This document shows, in pieces, positions 33,934 to 43,986 of a stretch of 64,000 bases of DNA. Where the stretch lies: NCBI RefSeq assembly GCF_058153355.1, contig NZ_CM177019.1; one strand, written 5' to 3'. The position numbers and the translations under genes were made by a program. The notes under the pieces are model-generated. The model was given only the letters and a program-made list of their open reading frames with translations, ran no database searches and was not told the origin of the DNA. How positions within the stretch are numbered: position 1 is the first letter of the stretch; each line of letters starts with the position of its first letter.

Positions 33934-34583
33934 ACTCCCTCCTTCTGCGGTACAAAGCGCACGCTGTCTCCCGGACGTAATAAGATGGGTTCGTCACGCG
34001 CCGGATCAAACAGGCTGAGTGAGGTATGACCAATCAACTGCCAGCCGCCCGGCGTTGCCAGCGGATAAACACCGGTCTGCGGCCCGCCGATCCCGACAGA
34101 ACCTGCCGGAACGAGCAAGCGCGGTTCAGCGCGCCGTGGCGTGTGTAGTTGTTCCGGCAAACTCCCGAGATACGGGAAGCCCGGTTGAAAACCTAAAAAC
34201 CAGACCACGTATTCCACAGAGGAGTGCAATTCAACAACCTGTTTTTCGCTCAATCCACAATGCGCCGCGACCACCGCCAAATCCGGTCCGCCTGCGCCAC
34301 CGTAAACCACCGGAATTTCAATAAAACGAGACTCCGGCTCCAGCGCCTCACTCTCCTCCCACCAGCGTTGCAAACGCTCTATGGCATCCAGCGCCAGCGA
34401 CTCAGGATTACGTAAAATCACCGTGATATTGTTCATGCCGGGAATGGCTTCAACCACATTCGGCATATCCACCAGACGCTGCGCCAGTCGCCAGATCCGT
34501 TTCTGGCTAGCCAGCGTCACCGGCGGTTCCAGCTCCAGCACTACCGCCGTTTCACCTATCAGATAACAACGCGCTCGTTGCAC
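33927..34583 (-). CDS. pxpB: 5-Oxoprolinase subunit B
   Basis: 218-aa ORF (ybgJ). Confidence 0.92.
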
Positions 34584-34605
34584 TTTCGATCCCTCTGATT
34601 ATTCG

Positions 34606-35349
34606 TTATGCAGGATTAGGAATATCAATAAAGGTCACATCAAGATCGGTATTTTCATTCAGCCACTCGCTCAATGCGCGAATACCACCGCGTTCAGTGG
34701 CATGGTGACCCGCAGCATAAAAATGCAATCCCTGCTCGCGGGCTGAATGAATGGTCTGTTCAGAAACTTCGCCAGTAATAAAAGCATCCACGCCAAAACG
34801 CGCGGCGCTATCGATAAAACTCTGCCCGCCGCCCGTGCACCAGGCAACGCGCTGAACCACCTCAGGTCCGGTATCGCCACACCATAACGGCTTACGACCC
34901 AGACGCGCTTCAATCCAGGAAGCCAGCTCCAGTCCCGGCACAGGCATGGTCAGTTCGCCCCACGGCACCAACGGCTCAATTTCGCCCAAGACCGTAATCC
35001 CAAGTAACGCCGCCAGCTGTGCGTTATTGCCCAGCTCTGGATGTGCGTCAAGCGGCAAATGCCAGCCATACAGGTTGATATCATTCGCCAGCAACGTTTT
35101 TAAACGGTTACGCTTCATGCCGCGAATTACCGGGGATTCGCCTTTCCAGAAGTAGCCATGATGCACAATGACCGCATCCGCGCCCAGACGCACCGCTTCA
35201 TCGAGCAAAGCCTGGCTGGCGGTGACACCGGTAACAATTTTTTGCACCGTCTCTTTGCCTTCCACCTGCAAACCATTCGGCGCGTAATCACTAATCGCCG
35301 CGCTGTTCAGTTTTTCGTTAATCAGTTGTTCCAGTTCGATGTTTTTCAT
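34606..35349 (-). CDS. ybgI: NIF3-family metal-binding protein (GTP cyclohydrolase 1 type 2 homolog)
   Basis: 247-aa ORF with NIF3-like sequence. Confidence 0.92.
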   Translation of the reverse strand: MKNIELEQLINEKLNSAAISDYAPNGLQVEGKETVQKIVTGVTASQALLDEAVRLGADAVIVHHGYFWKGESPVIRGMKRNRLKTLLANDINLYGWHLPLDAHPELGNNAQLAALLGITVLGEIEPLVPWGELTMPVPGLELASWIEARLGRKPLWCGDTGPEVVQRVAWCTGGGQSFIDSAARFGVDAFITGEVSEQTIHSAREQGLHFYAAGHHATERGGIRALSEWLNENTDLDVTFIDIPNPA

Positions 35350-35436
35350 CTTCGCGCCTTCCGTATTCTGATAGCTACACCGTTAACATAGCGTTACCTC
35401 GCCTGTTCGTCGATAGCCAATCTTTTGACATATTAA

Positions 35437-37101
<1,665 letters not shown>

Positions 37102-37143
37102 CAGGTCAGCACCGATGCCTGATAAGACGCTCGCTGCGTTTTA

Positions 37144-38562
37144 TCAGGCTCCTTTCCTCGCTTCTTCGTACGCTGCCAGCGTTCGCAGCCTTGCCTCTTT
37201 GTGATCAACTATCGGTTGCGGATAATCCAGCGTCACACCTGCTTTCTGCGCCCACTTCCACGGTTCATGCACCGCTTTCCCTGGTACATCACGCAACTCT
37301 GGTAACCACTGGCGGATAAACTCACCTTCGTGGTCAAATTTCTCGCCCTGAGTTGTCGGGTTGAAAATACGGAAATACGGTGCAGCATCAGTTCCAGTAG
37401 AAGCCGCCCATTGCCAGCCACCGTTATTGGCTGCCAAATCACCATCAATCAGTTGCGACATGAAATATCGCTCGCCTTCCCGCCAGTCGATCAGCAAATC
37501 TTTCACCAGAAAACTGGCAGTAATCATCCGCAGGCGATTATGCATCCAGCCAGCGCTGTTAAGCTGACGCATGGCCGCATCAACAATCGGGTATCCCGTT
37601 TTGCCTTCCTGCCAGGCCTTTAAATGCGCGGGATTGCTTTGCCACTGTACGCGATCGGTCCAGGCAATAAAGGGGCGATGCTTACACAGTGACGGGTGAT
37701 ACGTCATCAAATGACGGTAGAACTCGCGCCAGATCAGCTCATTAAGCCAGACGCTACCCGGTCCGCCTTCCAGCGCCTGCGGCTGTTCCGCCAACAGGCG
37801 ATGCAGACACTGGCGAGGCGATAACCTACCCGTTGCAAGGCTTGCAGACAAACGGCTGGTGCCTTCCACTGCCGGAAAATCACGCTGCTGATCGTACTGA
37901 CTCGCACCGTTCTGGCAAAACTGGCGTAATTGCGCAATCGCCGCTTTTTCTTCCACCGGGAAATGCGCGGTATCGAAAGACTGACGAGGGTAATTCAGCG
38001 TAATAGATGGCGCGGGATCTAATGATCCGCTACTCCGAACTTTTGGCGCAGCGACGCACTCCGGCATCCCTTCCCGCAGCCGTTTCAGCCAGGCATTCTT
38101 AAAAGGCGTAAAGACTTTGTACATCTCATGATTGCCAGTCATCACCGCCCCCGGCGGCAGGATCACGCTGTCATCGAACCCTTCACACACCACGTTACTC
38201 AGCGCTCTTTCAACTTCCACATCCCGCGCCCGCTCATTCACCTCATACTGATAGTTATAAAACAGATGGGTAACACGATTTTCCGCGCACACCTGTTTAA
38301 CTATTTCGACGCTGGCGGCAAAGTCATCCACTTCATGAAACAGCAAAGGAATGCCTTTTTCCGCCAGCGCGATTTGTAGCCCGTTCAGTTGTGCATTGAT
38401 AAATTCAGCCTGACGCGGCGACATATTATGCGCCGCCCACTGGCGTGGTGTAGCGATATACAACGCCAGCACGCGTGCAGACGAATAGCGGCAAGCGGCC
38501 GCCAGCGCGAGATTATCATGCAGACGTAAATCCTGGCGAAACCAGACCAGATGGGTAGTCAT
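37144..38562 (-). CDS. phr: Deoxyribodipyrimidine photolyase
   Basis: 472-aa ORF starting MTTHLVWFRQDLRLHDNLALAAA. Confidence 0.95.
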   Translation of the reverse strand: MTTHLVWFRQDLRLHDNLALAAACRYSSARVLALYIATPRQWAAHNMSPRQAEFINAQLNGLQIALAEKGIPLLFHEVDDFAASVEIVKQVCAENRVTHLFYNYQYEVNERARDVEVERALSNVVCEGFDDSVILPPGAVMTGNHEMYKVFTPFKNAWLKRLREGMPECVAAPKVRSSGSLDPAPSITLNYPRQSFDTAHFPVEEKAAIAQLRQFCQNGASQYDQQRDFPAVEGTSRLSASLATGRLSPRQCLHRLLAEQPQALEGGPGSVWLNELIWREFYRHLMTYHPSLCKHRPFIAWTDRVQWQSNPAHLKAWQEGKTGYPIVDAAMRQLNSAGWMHNRLRMITASFLVKDLLIDWREGERYFMSQLIDGDLAANNGGWQWAASTGTDAAPYFRIFNPTTQGEKFDHEGEFIRQWLPELRDVPGKAVHEPWKWAQKAGVTLDYPQPIVDHKEARLRTLAAYEEARKGA

Positions 38563-39068
38563 AAAACTCCTGCATGGCGCAAGTTAATCACCCGCGGCCA
38601 AAGTTCGAAATAACGCTGCTCTGAAAGCCAGGCGTCAGGATAAAGCGCCATATAGTGTTTGATACGCATCAGCGGCGCAAGAAGCGGTTGCTCGCCACGG
38701 CGATAACTGTCGATAAGCGCCGCCAGCTGCTGGCGTTCTGTGGAATCAATATGTGGGCGAAAATAACCCTGAACGTGCATCAAAACGTTGGTGTGATCGC
38801 GCGGGTTGGCGGGATGAGAAAGCAAAACAATGACGCGTTGGCGGTACTGGTTGTAATAGTCATCCAGATTTTGCCACTGGTGAATATCAGCCACAAACGG
38901 GCCAAGTTTGCGGTATTCCGGCTGGGAATGAGCCAGAAAGACGAGTTTATAGCGGCTGTGATAATCGTTGAGCGCCCCGCGCGTTAAGCCATGTTCTTTC
39001 AGTCGATGTAACTCATAAAGCGCGAAGATACGGATTAAAGTGCTTTCATCAAATCGTTGCTGATTCAT
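38559..39068 (-). CDS. ybgA: DUF1722-family protein
   Basis: Start placed at MNQQRFDESTLIRIFALYEL, giving 169 aa; overlaps the phr start. Confidence 0.9.
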   Translation of the reverse strand: MNQQRFDESTLIRIFALYELHRLKEHGLTRGALNDYHSRYKLVFLAHSQPEYRKLGPFVADIHQWQNLDDYYNQYRQRVIVLLSHPANPRDHTNVLMHVQGYFRPHIDSTERQQLAALIDSYRRGEQPLLAPLMRIKHYMALYPDAWLSEQRYFELWPRVINLRHAGVL

Positions 39069-39153
39069 TACTGCTCCTGAACGGTTTACAGGAGTAAGTG
39101 TAGACGTTGGCAAATGATGTTTGTGAAGTTAATCCTGTTGTAGCAGGGCAAGA

Positions 39154-39977
39154 TTACGAAAGCACGCTCCCCGCAAGGACTGACGCCAGGTAGTTTCTGT
39201 CCATGGCTGCCCTTTCCATTCACACGTGAAATCAATAAGTTCATCAGGGACATCGCAAACAATGTGAAGACGGATTTCTTCTCTGCCGTGACTCTTTTCA
39301 CTAATTGCGTAACTGTCATGCTCTGGATTATTTAATTCTTTCAGTGAGAATTTTTCCTCAAAGGCTTTATTTAGCCGCCCCTGGTTTCCTTTTACAGCGA
39401 ATAAATAATCACCTCCCTGTTTTTGTATCTTCTCTGCAATATCTTTCTGGCAACCCATCGCATCAGTTGTGATGATTTTTCCTTTAATATCCAGCATGTT
39501 AAGAAGTTCAGGGATAGCTGTAATTTCATTTGATTTCTCATCCGTCCTGATCTGTCCGATGACCAGACTGTGCATTGTTGAGAACGCACTAATGACATGA
39601 ATCGCTCCCCTGCAGCGACTCTTGTCATAAGAATGCCGGAGCTTTTTTCCATCAATTGCAATGACGTCTTTATCATCTGAAGAATGGCAGTCACGCATCC
39701 AGTTAATAAAGCACTCGTGAAATTTTGCAGGACTGATACAGGATACAACTCTGGCAATGGTATCGTGAACAGGAATACCATTTTCAAAATCACCCTATTG
39801 CTTCAAAAAATCGAGATGTGTTTCCCCAAAATCCTCTATATCTTCTCAACCTTCTGCACCCGAAATAACGGCGCAAATAGTCAACAGTAGAATATCCGAT
39901 AATTTATGTTCCACTTTCCAGGCTTGTCTGTAATCGGGGATAATAGAAATATGTTCCATCAATTTTTTAAGTACCAT
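39154..39977 (-). pseudogene. H-repeat-associated (ISAs1-family) transposase pseudogene
   Basis: N-terminus [43 protein letters not shown] hits an in-frame TGA. Downstream frames carry [20 protein letters not shown]...[18 protein letters not shown] and the terminal [16 protein letters not shown], requiring a frameshift and an internal deletion after ...EWKG. Confidence 0.85.
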
Positions 39978-40370
39978 TTTGTTCTCCTTAATTATGTAAG
40001 GAGTATTTGATCATGTATAAGCAATAAAAAACAGCTTCAGGTAATGAGGAATATCTCAATTTTTAAACATAAAATGCGAATTGTTTAGTACAAAAAAGCA
40101 GCGTTACGTGATCTTTTCCTGCCATGGGTCTTTACCACAGCAGCTGGGGTTGTTTGGGACCGACTTCCGACAGCAGATCCCGGTGAGCCTGCCACCATCT
40201 CTTCACAAGCTTATGCTTATTACATGCAAAACGTCCCGTTTTGCATCTTTGTGCCTACGGCACACGATGATCTTTCCCTGAGGAGTCATACTTTGTTAGG
40301 ATAAAAAACCTTTAAATAGCTTTCCTACCTTCCAATAAAAACCACAGAATCAGCAATGTTTAAATTTCAA

Positions 40371-41192
40371 TCAGTATTGAGTTTCATTTGTGATCTCTAC
40401 ATTCACTCCTGATGGCTTCTCGCTAAATAAATATCTCATACTCTCATTCTCCATAATCACGGATATATTTAACCCTCCATGAATCCATTGATATGTAATA
40501 TTTTTATCATCAATCTTATAACTAAAATTCCCAATTGGTAACTTTTCCTTCAGATAATTATTCTCCTCATAACTAAGTGCTAGTAATTTATCATAGGCAC
40601 CTTTTAAATCAAAACCCTCAAAATAGCAATGTTCTTTTGATGAACCATCAAATTCTTTTCTGGGATTAGCATCATGACACCAAGTCGACCATTTTTCTTT
40701 TTTTTCCTCAGAAGTATGTTTTTTTTCATTGAAAAACAGCACATAATATTTCTCTGGGATTATTATCTGATCATTAATTTTTAAGATATCTCTATATGGC
40801 CCAGGACATTTATGAACAGAATCCATAATGGATATTTCTTCAGGAAAAAGTTTGCCTTCATGTTTAAATAATTTCCTGTACATACCAACTGTTGTTTGTG
40901 ATAAGTAATATGACAAGGGCTTTTTTTTAACTTCAACATAGTCAGTCGAGCATACGAGACTATTTTCCAATGAATAATCATTTATCGTTAGCTTTCGCCC
41001 ATCCATATTTATCACTACCTTACTGTATGTTTCATCAAGGGCACTTATTATAAGCGAATCATGTTTACCAAAAACATCGATATCTGAAACATTATGATAA
41101 ATCCATACGGTATTTTTAGTATTATCATTAGAATATGCGATACCATGAATAAAAAAAATCATTAGAAAGCCCATAAAAAATTTACCGCGCAT
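40371..41192 (-). CDS. Putative periplasmic immunity protein for the adjacent T6SS cell-wall-lytic effector
   Basis: 273-aa ORF with Sec-type signal peptide (MRGKFFMGFLMIFFIHGIAYS), Lys/Asn-rich, AT-rich codon usage, 19 bp downstream of the effector gene. No recognisable homology, so function is inferred from position. Confidence 0.6.
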   Translation of the reverse strand: MRGKFFMGFLMIFFIHGIAYSNDNTKNTVWIYHNVSDIDVFGKHDSLIISALDETYSKVVINMDGRKLTINDYSLENSLVCSTDYVEVKKKPLSYYLSQTTVGMYRKLFKHEGKLFPEEISIMDSVHKCPGPYRDILKINDQIIIPEKYYVLFFNEKKHTSEEKKEKWSTWCHDANPRKEFDGSSKEHCYFEGFDLKGAYDKLLALSYEENNYLKEKLPIGNFSYKIDDKNITYQWIHGGLNISVIMENESMRYLFSEKPSGVNVEITNETQY

Positions 41193-41211
41193 ACAAATTC
41201 CTTAATGTAAA

Positions 41212-43977
41212 TCAATGTGATGAATCATAAACATTATTCAAAAATAGATTTTGTTCTTTTCGGCGTCGTATAACAAGGCCAGCAACTCCGCCATTTGTAA
41301 TATCAAGAAATTCATTGGAGGCACCTATATAATCCTTTTGATTAAGTTTAGAATTCAAATTCGGTGCCTTACTCATGCTCCCCATATTAAACAATAAACT
41401 TATTAACGCATCAAATTCGTACTGATATAAATCCACACTCACTGTTCTTTTAAGCTCACTAACAAAACCAGATAAACGCTCTTCAAATAACTCATCAGCT
41501 TTAGCAATTGTTATTCCATGCTGAAATTCTTCTGGTAAAACTATATCATTGCAACGTTGTGTAGCAATTAAATGTCCATAACCTATAGTACAGTAACCTT
41601 CTGAATCATTATATGCTGTTAGTTGTAAATATTCCCATTCTTTTATAAAACCCTTACCTTTATTTGATACATTCAAATCTGCAATGGCGATCCTTTCAGC
41701 AGTTTGTTCTTCGTTAAAACTATTGATGTACCCCTCCATCAATATATCAATTGGATCATGTAAATCATCCCGTCTATAAAATGGAGGTATTTGTGTATTA
41801 TTCGGCGGAGGCGCTCCATTGTTTCCTGGATAGTATTCAAAATGCAACATATAAACCACTTCTTCCCCAGGGATTATAACTGGAGGCCTCCCTGTATCAG
41901 GTTTAATCATCAACCCTGTTTTGGCAATTATTGCCCCTTGCATAATATGATCATTAATCTTTACTAAAATACTTGATGGATCAACTTCACCATACCGCAC
42001 ATAGAAATGCCGACCATCTCTAGTCGAGTGCTCAATCGTAACTTGCCAAGTACCGTAATAGTATCGAGAAATAGCTCTTACTATTCCGTTGCAAACCGAA
42101 ACAATATCAGACTTCGGTTCCGTATATAGATCACGCGCTCCATGTTTTCTATTACCATTATTACGATTTCGTCCAAATATAGCTTGAGAGGCATTTCGAT
42201 CTGTCAAGGCAGCAGCCCAAAAATAATTTTTCCACTTTCCATTTTTGTCATTATTAGGTTTTACTTTTAAAGGAAAAATAATTTGATTTGATTTTTTCTG
42301 AGATAATGAATCTAAAAACACAACCGGATGAAAATGCCACACAGCATCATCACTATTAAACGGAGATACCCCGCTCATCCACTCCAGATCCAGCTGCCAC
42401 TTCTCACAGTATGCCACTTCCTCTGTATCCAGATCTTTATAAAATCCTTCCCACCGCCCTGTCGAGCGCCCTCCGTACCATTCGCTGTGGTGTTTAACTA
42501 TCAGATGATTCACCACATTTCTCACCAGTGGTTCACGCACGATCAGCGCCTGTCTGATCTCTTCCTCCGTCACTTTTCCATCACCGTCCTGATCCATACC
42601 CGCCATCAGCTCACGATAAAAGGGCGGTACCTGCTCATACAGCCACTCATCTCCCTGTTCTGCGGCACGGCTTATTGAGTCAAACGCTTCCGGCACCCAT
42701 CCTTCGTACGGGCTGTACGTCATGTCACCGCTGCTGTTCTCCTCCAGCGGTTGAAAACCCAGCTTCAGTAAATCATACTGTCCGGCCTCTTCAACATCCT
42801 TTTGTGGCAGCCAGCCGGTTCCGGTGATATTAAACCACCACTGCTGCGATTCATCCGTGACTGGTGTCGTGGCTTCCCGCGGAAGAACGCGCTGAGCACC
42901 CAGCGTGGCTGCGGTTGCGGTAAATACCTCCTGTCCCGGAACGGCCTGCCGGGTGTATAAAATTATCCCTTTTGGTGCCAGAACAGTCCGTTTTTCTCCC
43001 TTAACGCCTGCCGGGTTGGATAAGAACTTTGGCATATTCGGGTCTGTACTCAGAACCTCCAGATGGACGAACCACTCGCGCTCAATCTCACCGCTTCCCT
43101 CGCCAGGATAATCCTCGCATCCCATAAATCCGACCGGTGTTCCGGCACTGACTTTCCACTCTTCCGTTTCGTCGACCGTCTGTACCGAGTCAAAAATGCC
43201 TTTTGCCTTCGCCTTCTGCATCCACTCAGGCATCAGCATCTGTATTTCGCCATCTGACTCCATCAGATCCGGATCCAGGGTCACCCAGTACTGCTCATTC
43301 CCCGGTTTATTGCCTTCCAGCAGGCGAACCAGTCCGAATGTCGTCAGGACCGGCTGGCCGTTATTGGTCACGTAAAAACGTCCGGTCCGGGATGACACAA
43401 ACCGATCTCCCGCATTAAGTGTCCTGTTTCCGCTGATTTTCGGGGGTATCCAGTACGTGGCATGATCTCCGCTTTCCTGCCCCTCGGGAAGGCCGTTCTT
43501 TCCCGGGATGTATCGGTGCAGCAATATGCCACCATGCCCGGTTTTAACTTTATAGCAGGGGGAGCCGGGATAATCGTTCACCGGGGCCAGATGCATATAG
43601 AGACAGTAAAATTCCAGCCAGCTTTCTTTTTTTTGCGGGTCTGGCTGGCACTGCGATTTCACCAGAACAAATGTGCTGCTGTAACGGAGTTGCTGCCCTT
43701 TGTAGGGGCCTTTCAGGTAATCATTATTTATCCGGTACGCCGCAATGGTGCCATCGGCCATAAACTGAAGAGGAACCGGTTCTCCGGTAGCGGCGGTATC
43801 CGGTTTCAGGGCTGATAACGGATTAGACACGTCACTGATATGTATCCCGCCGTGCCACAGCCCGTTTCCACCCAGCAGCCAGGTTCCGTGCGCTTCTTTG
43901 TCAATAAGCCGCATTATCTCATCCAGTGAGCGAAACTCTTTGCCTTCTTTATCCCTGATGGGATGGCTGATTTTCAT
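41212..43977 (-). CDS. VgrG-linked T6SS effector with C-terminal T4-lysozyme-like (GH24) muramidase domain and internal M23-peptidase-like domain
   Basis: 921 aa. Residues ~770-915 align motif-for-motif with T4 lysozyme (KEWEYLQLTAYNDSEGYCTIGYGHL vs ...[24 protein letters not shown]; Glu/Asp/Thr triad positions present). Residues ~605-716 carry HGARD...MLHFEYY, resembling M23 HxxxD...HxH. EF-hand-like loop DQDGDGKVTEEE at residues 462-473. Start lies 9 nt after the vgrG stop with an AGGA ribosome-binding site. Confidence 0.75.
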   Translation of the reverse strand: MKISHPIRDKEGKEFRSLDEIMRLIDKEAHGTWLLGGNGLWHGGIHISDVSNPLSALKPDTAATGEPVPLQFMADGTIAAYRINNDYLKGPYKGQQLRYSSTFVLVKSQCQPDPQKKESWLEFYCLYMHLAPVNDYPGSPCYKVKTGHGGILLHRYIPGKNGLPEGQESGDHATYWIPPKISGNRTLNAGDRFVSSRTGRFYVTNNGQPVLTTFGLVRLLEGNKPGNEQYWVTLDPDLMESDGEIQMLMPEWMQKAKAKGIFDSVQTVDETEEWKVSAGTPVGFMGCEDYPGEGSGEIEREWFVHLEVLSTDPNMPKFLSNPAGVKGEKRTVLAPKGIILYTRQAVPGQEVFTATAATLGAQRVLPREATTPVTDESQQWWFNITGTGWLPQKDVEEAGQYDLLKLGFQPLEENSSGDMTYSPYEGWVPEAFDSISRAAEQGDEWLYEQVPPFYRELMAGMDQDGDGKVTEEEIRQALIVREPLVRNVVNHLIVKHHSEWYGGRSTGRWEGFYKDLDTEEVAYCEKWQLDLEWMSGVSPFNSDDAVWHFHPVVFLDSLSQKKSNQIIFPLKVKPNNDKNGKWKNYFWAAALTDRNASQAIFGRNRNNGNRKHGARDLYTEPKSDIVSVCNGIVRAISRYYYGTWQVTIEHSTRDGRHFYVRYGEVDPSSILVKINDHIMQGAIIAKTGLMIKPDTGRPPVIIPGEEVVYMLHFEYYPGNNGAPPPNNTQIPPFYRRDDLHDPIDILMEGYINSFNEEQTAERIAIADLNVSNKGKGFIKEWEYLQLTAYNDSEGYCTIGYGHLIATQRCNDIVLPEEFQHGITIAKADELFEERLSGFVSELKRTVSVDLYQYEFDALISLLFNMGSMSKAPNLNSKLNQKDYIGASNEFLDITNGGVAGLVIRRRKEQNLFLNNVYDSSH

Positions 43978-43986
43978 GTTCAGTCC

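Noticed and set aside
39129-39793. Two overlapping minus-strand ORFs (189 aa and 133 aa) as separate genes
   Set aside because: Both are fragments of one H-repeat transposase gene in different frames; together with the upstream stop-interrupted N-terminus they form a single pseudogene.
41212-43977. Rhs (YD-repeat) toxin expected at this locus by analogy with K-12 rhsC
   Set aside because: The 921-aa protein has no YD/RHS repeat pattern or PxxxxDPxGL core-ending motif; it is a different effector type.
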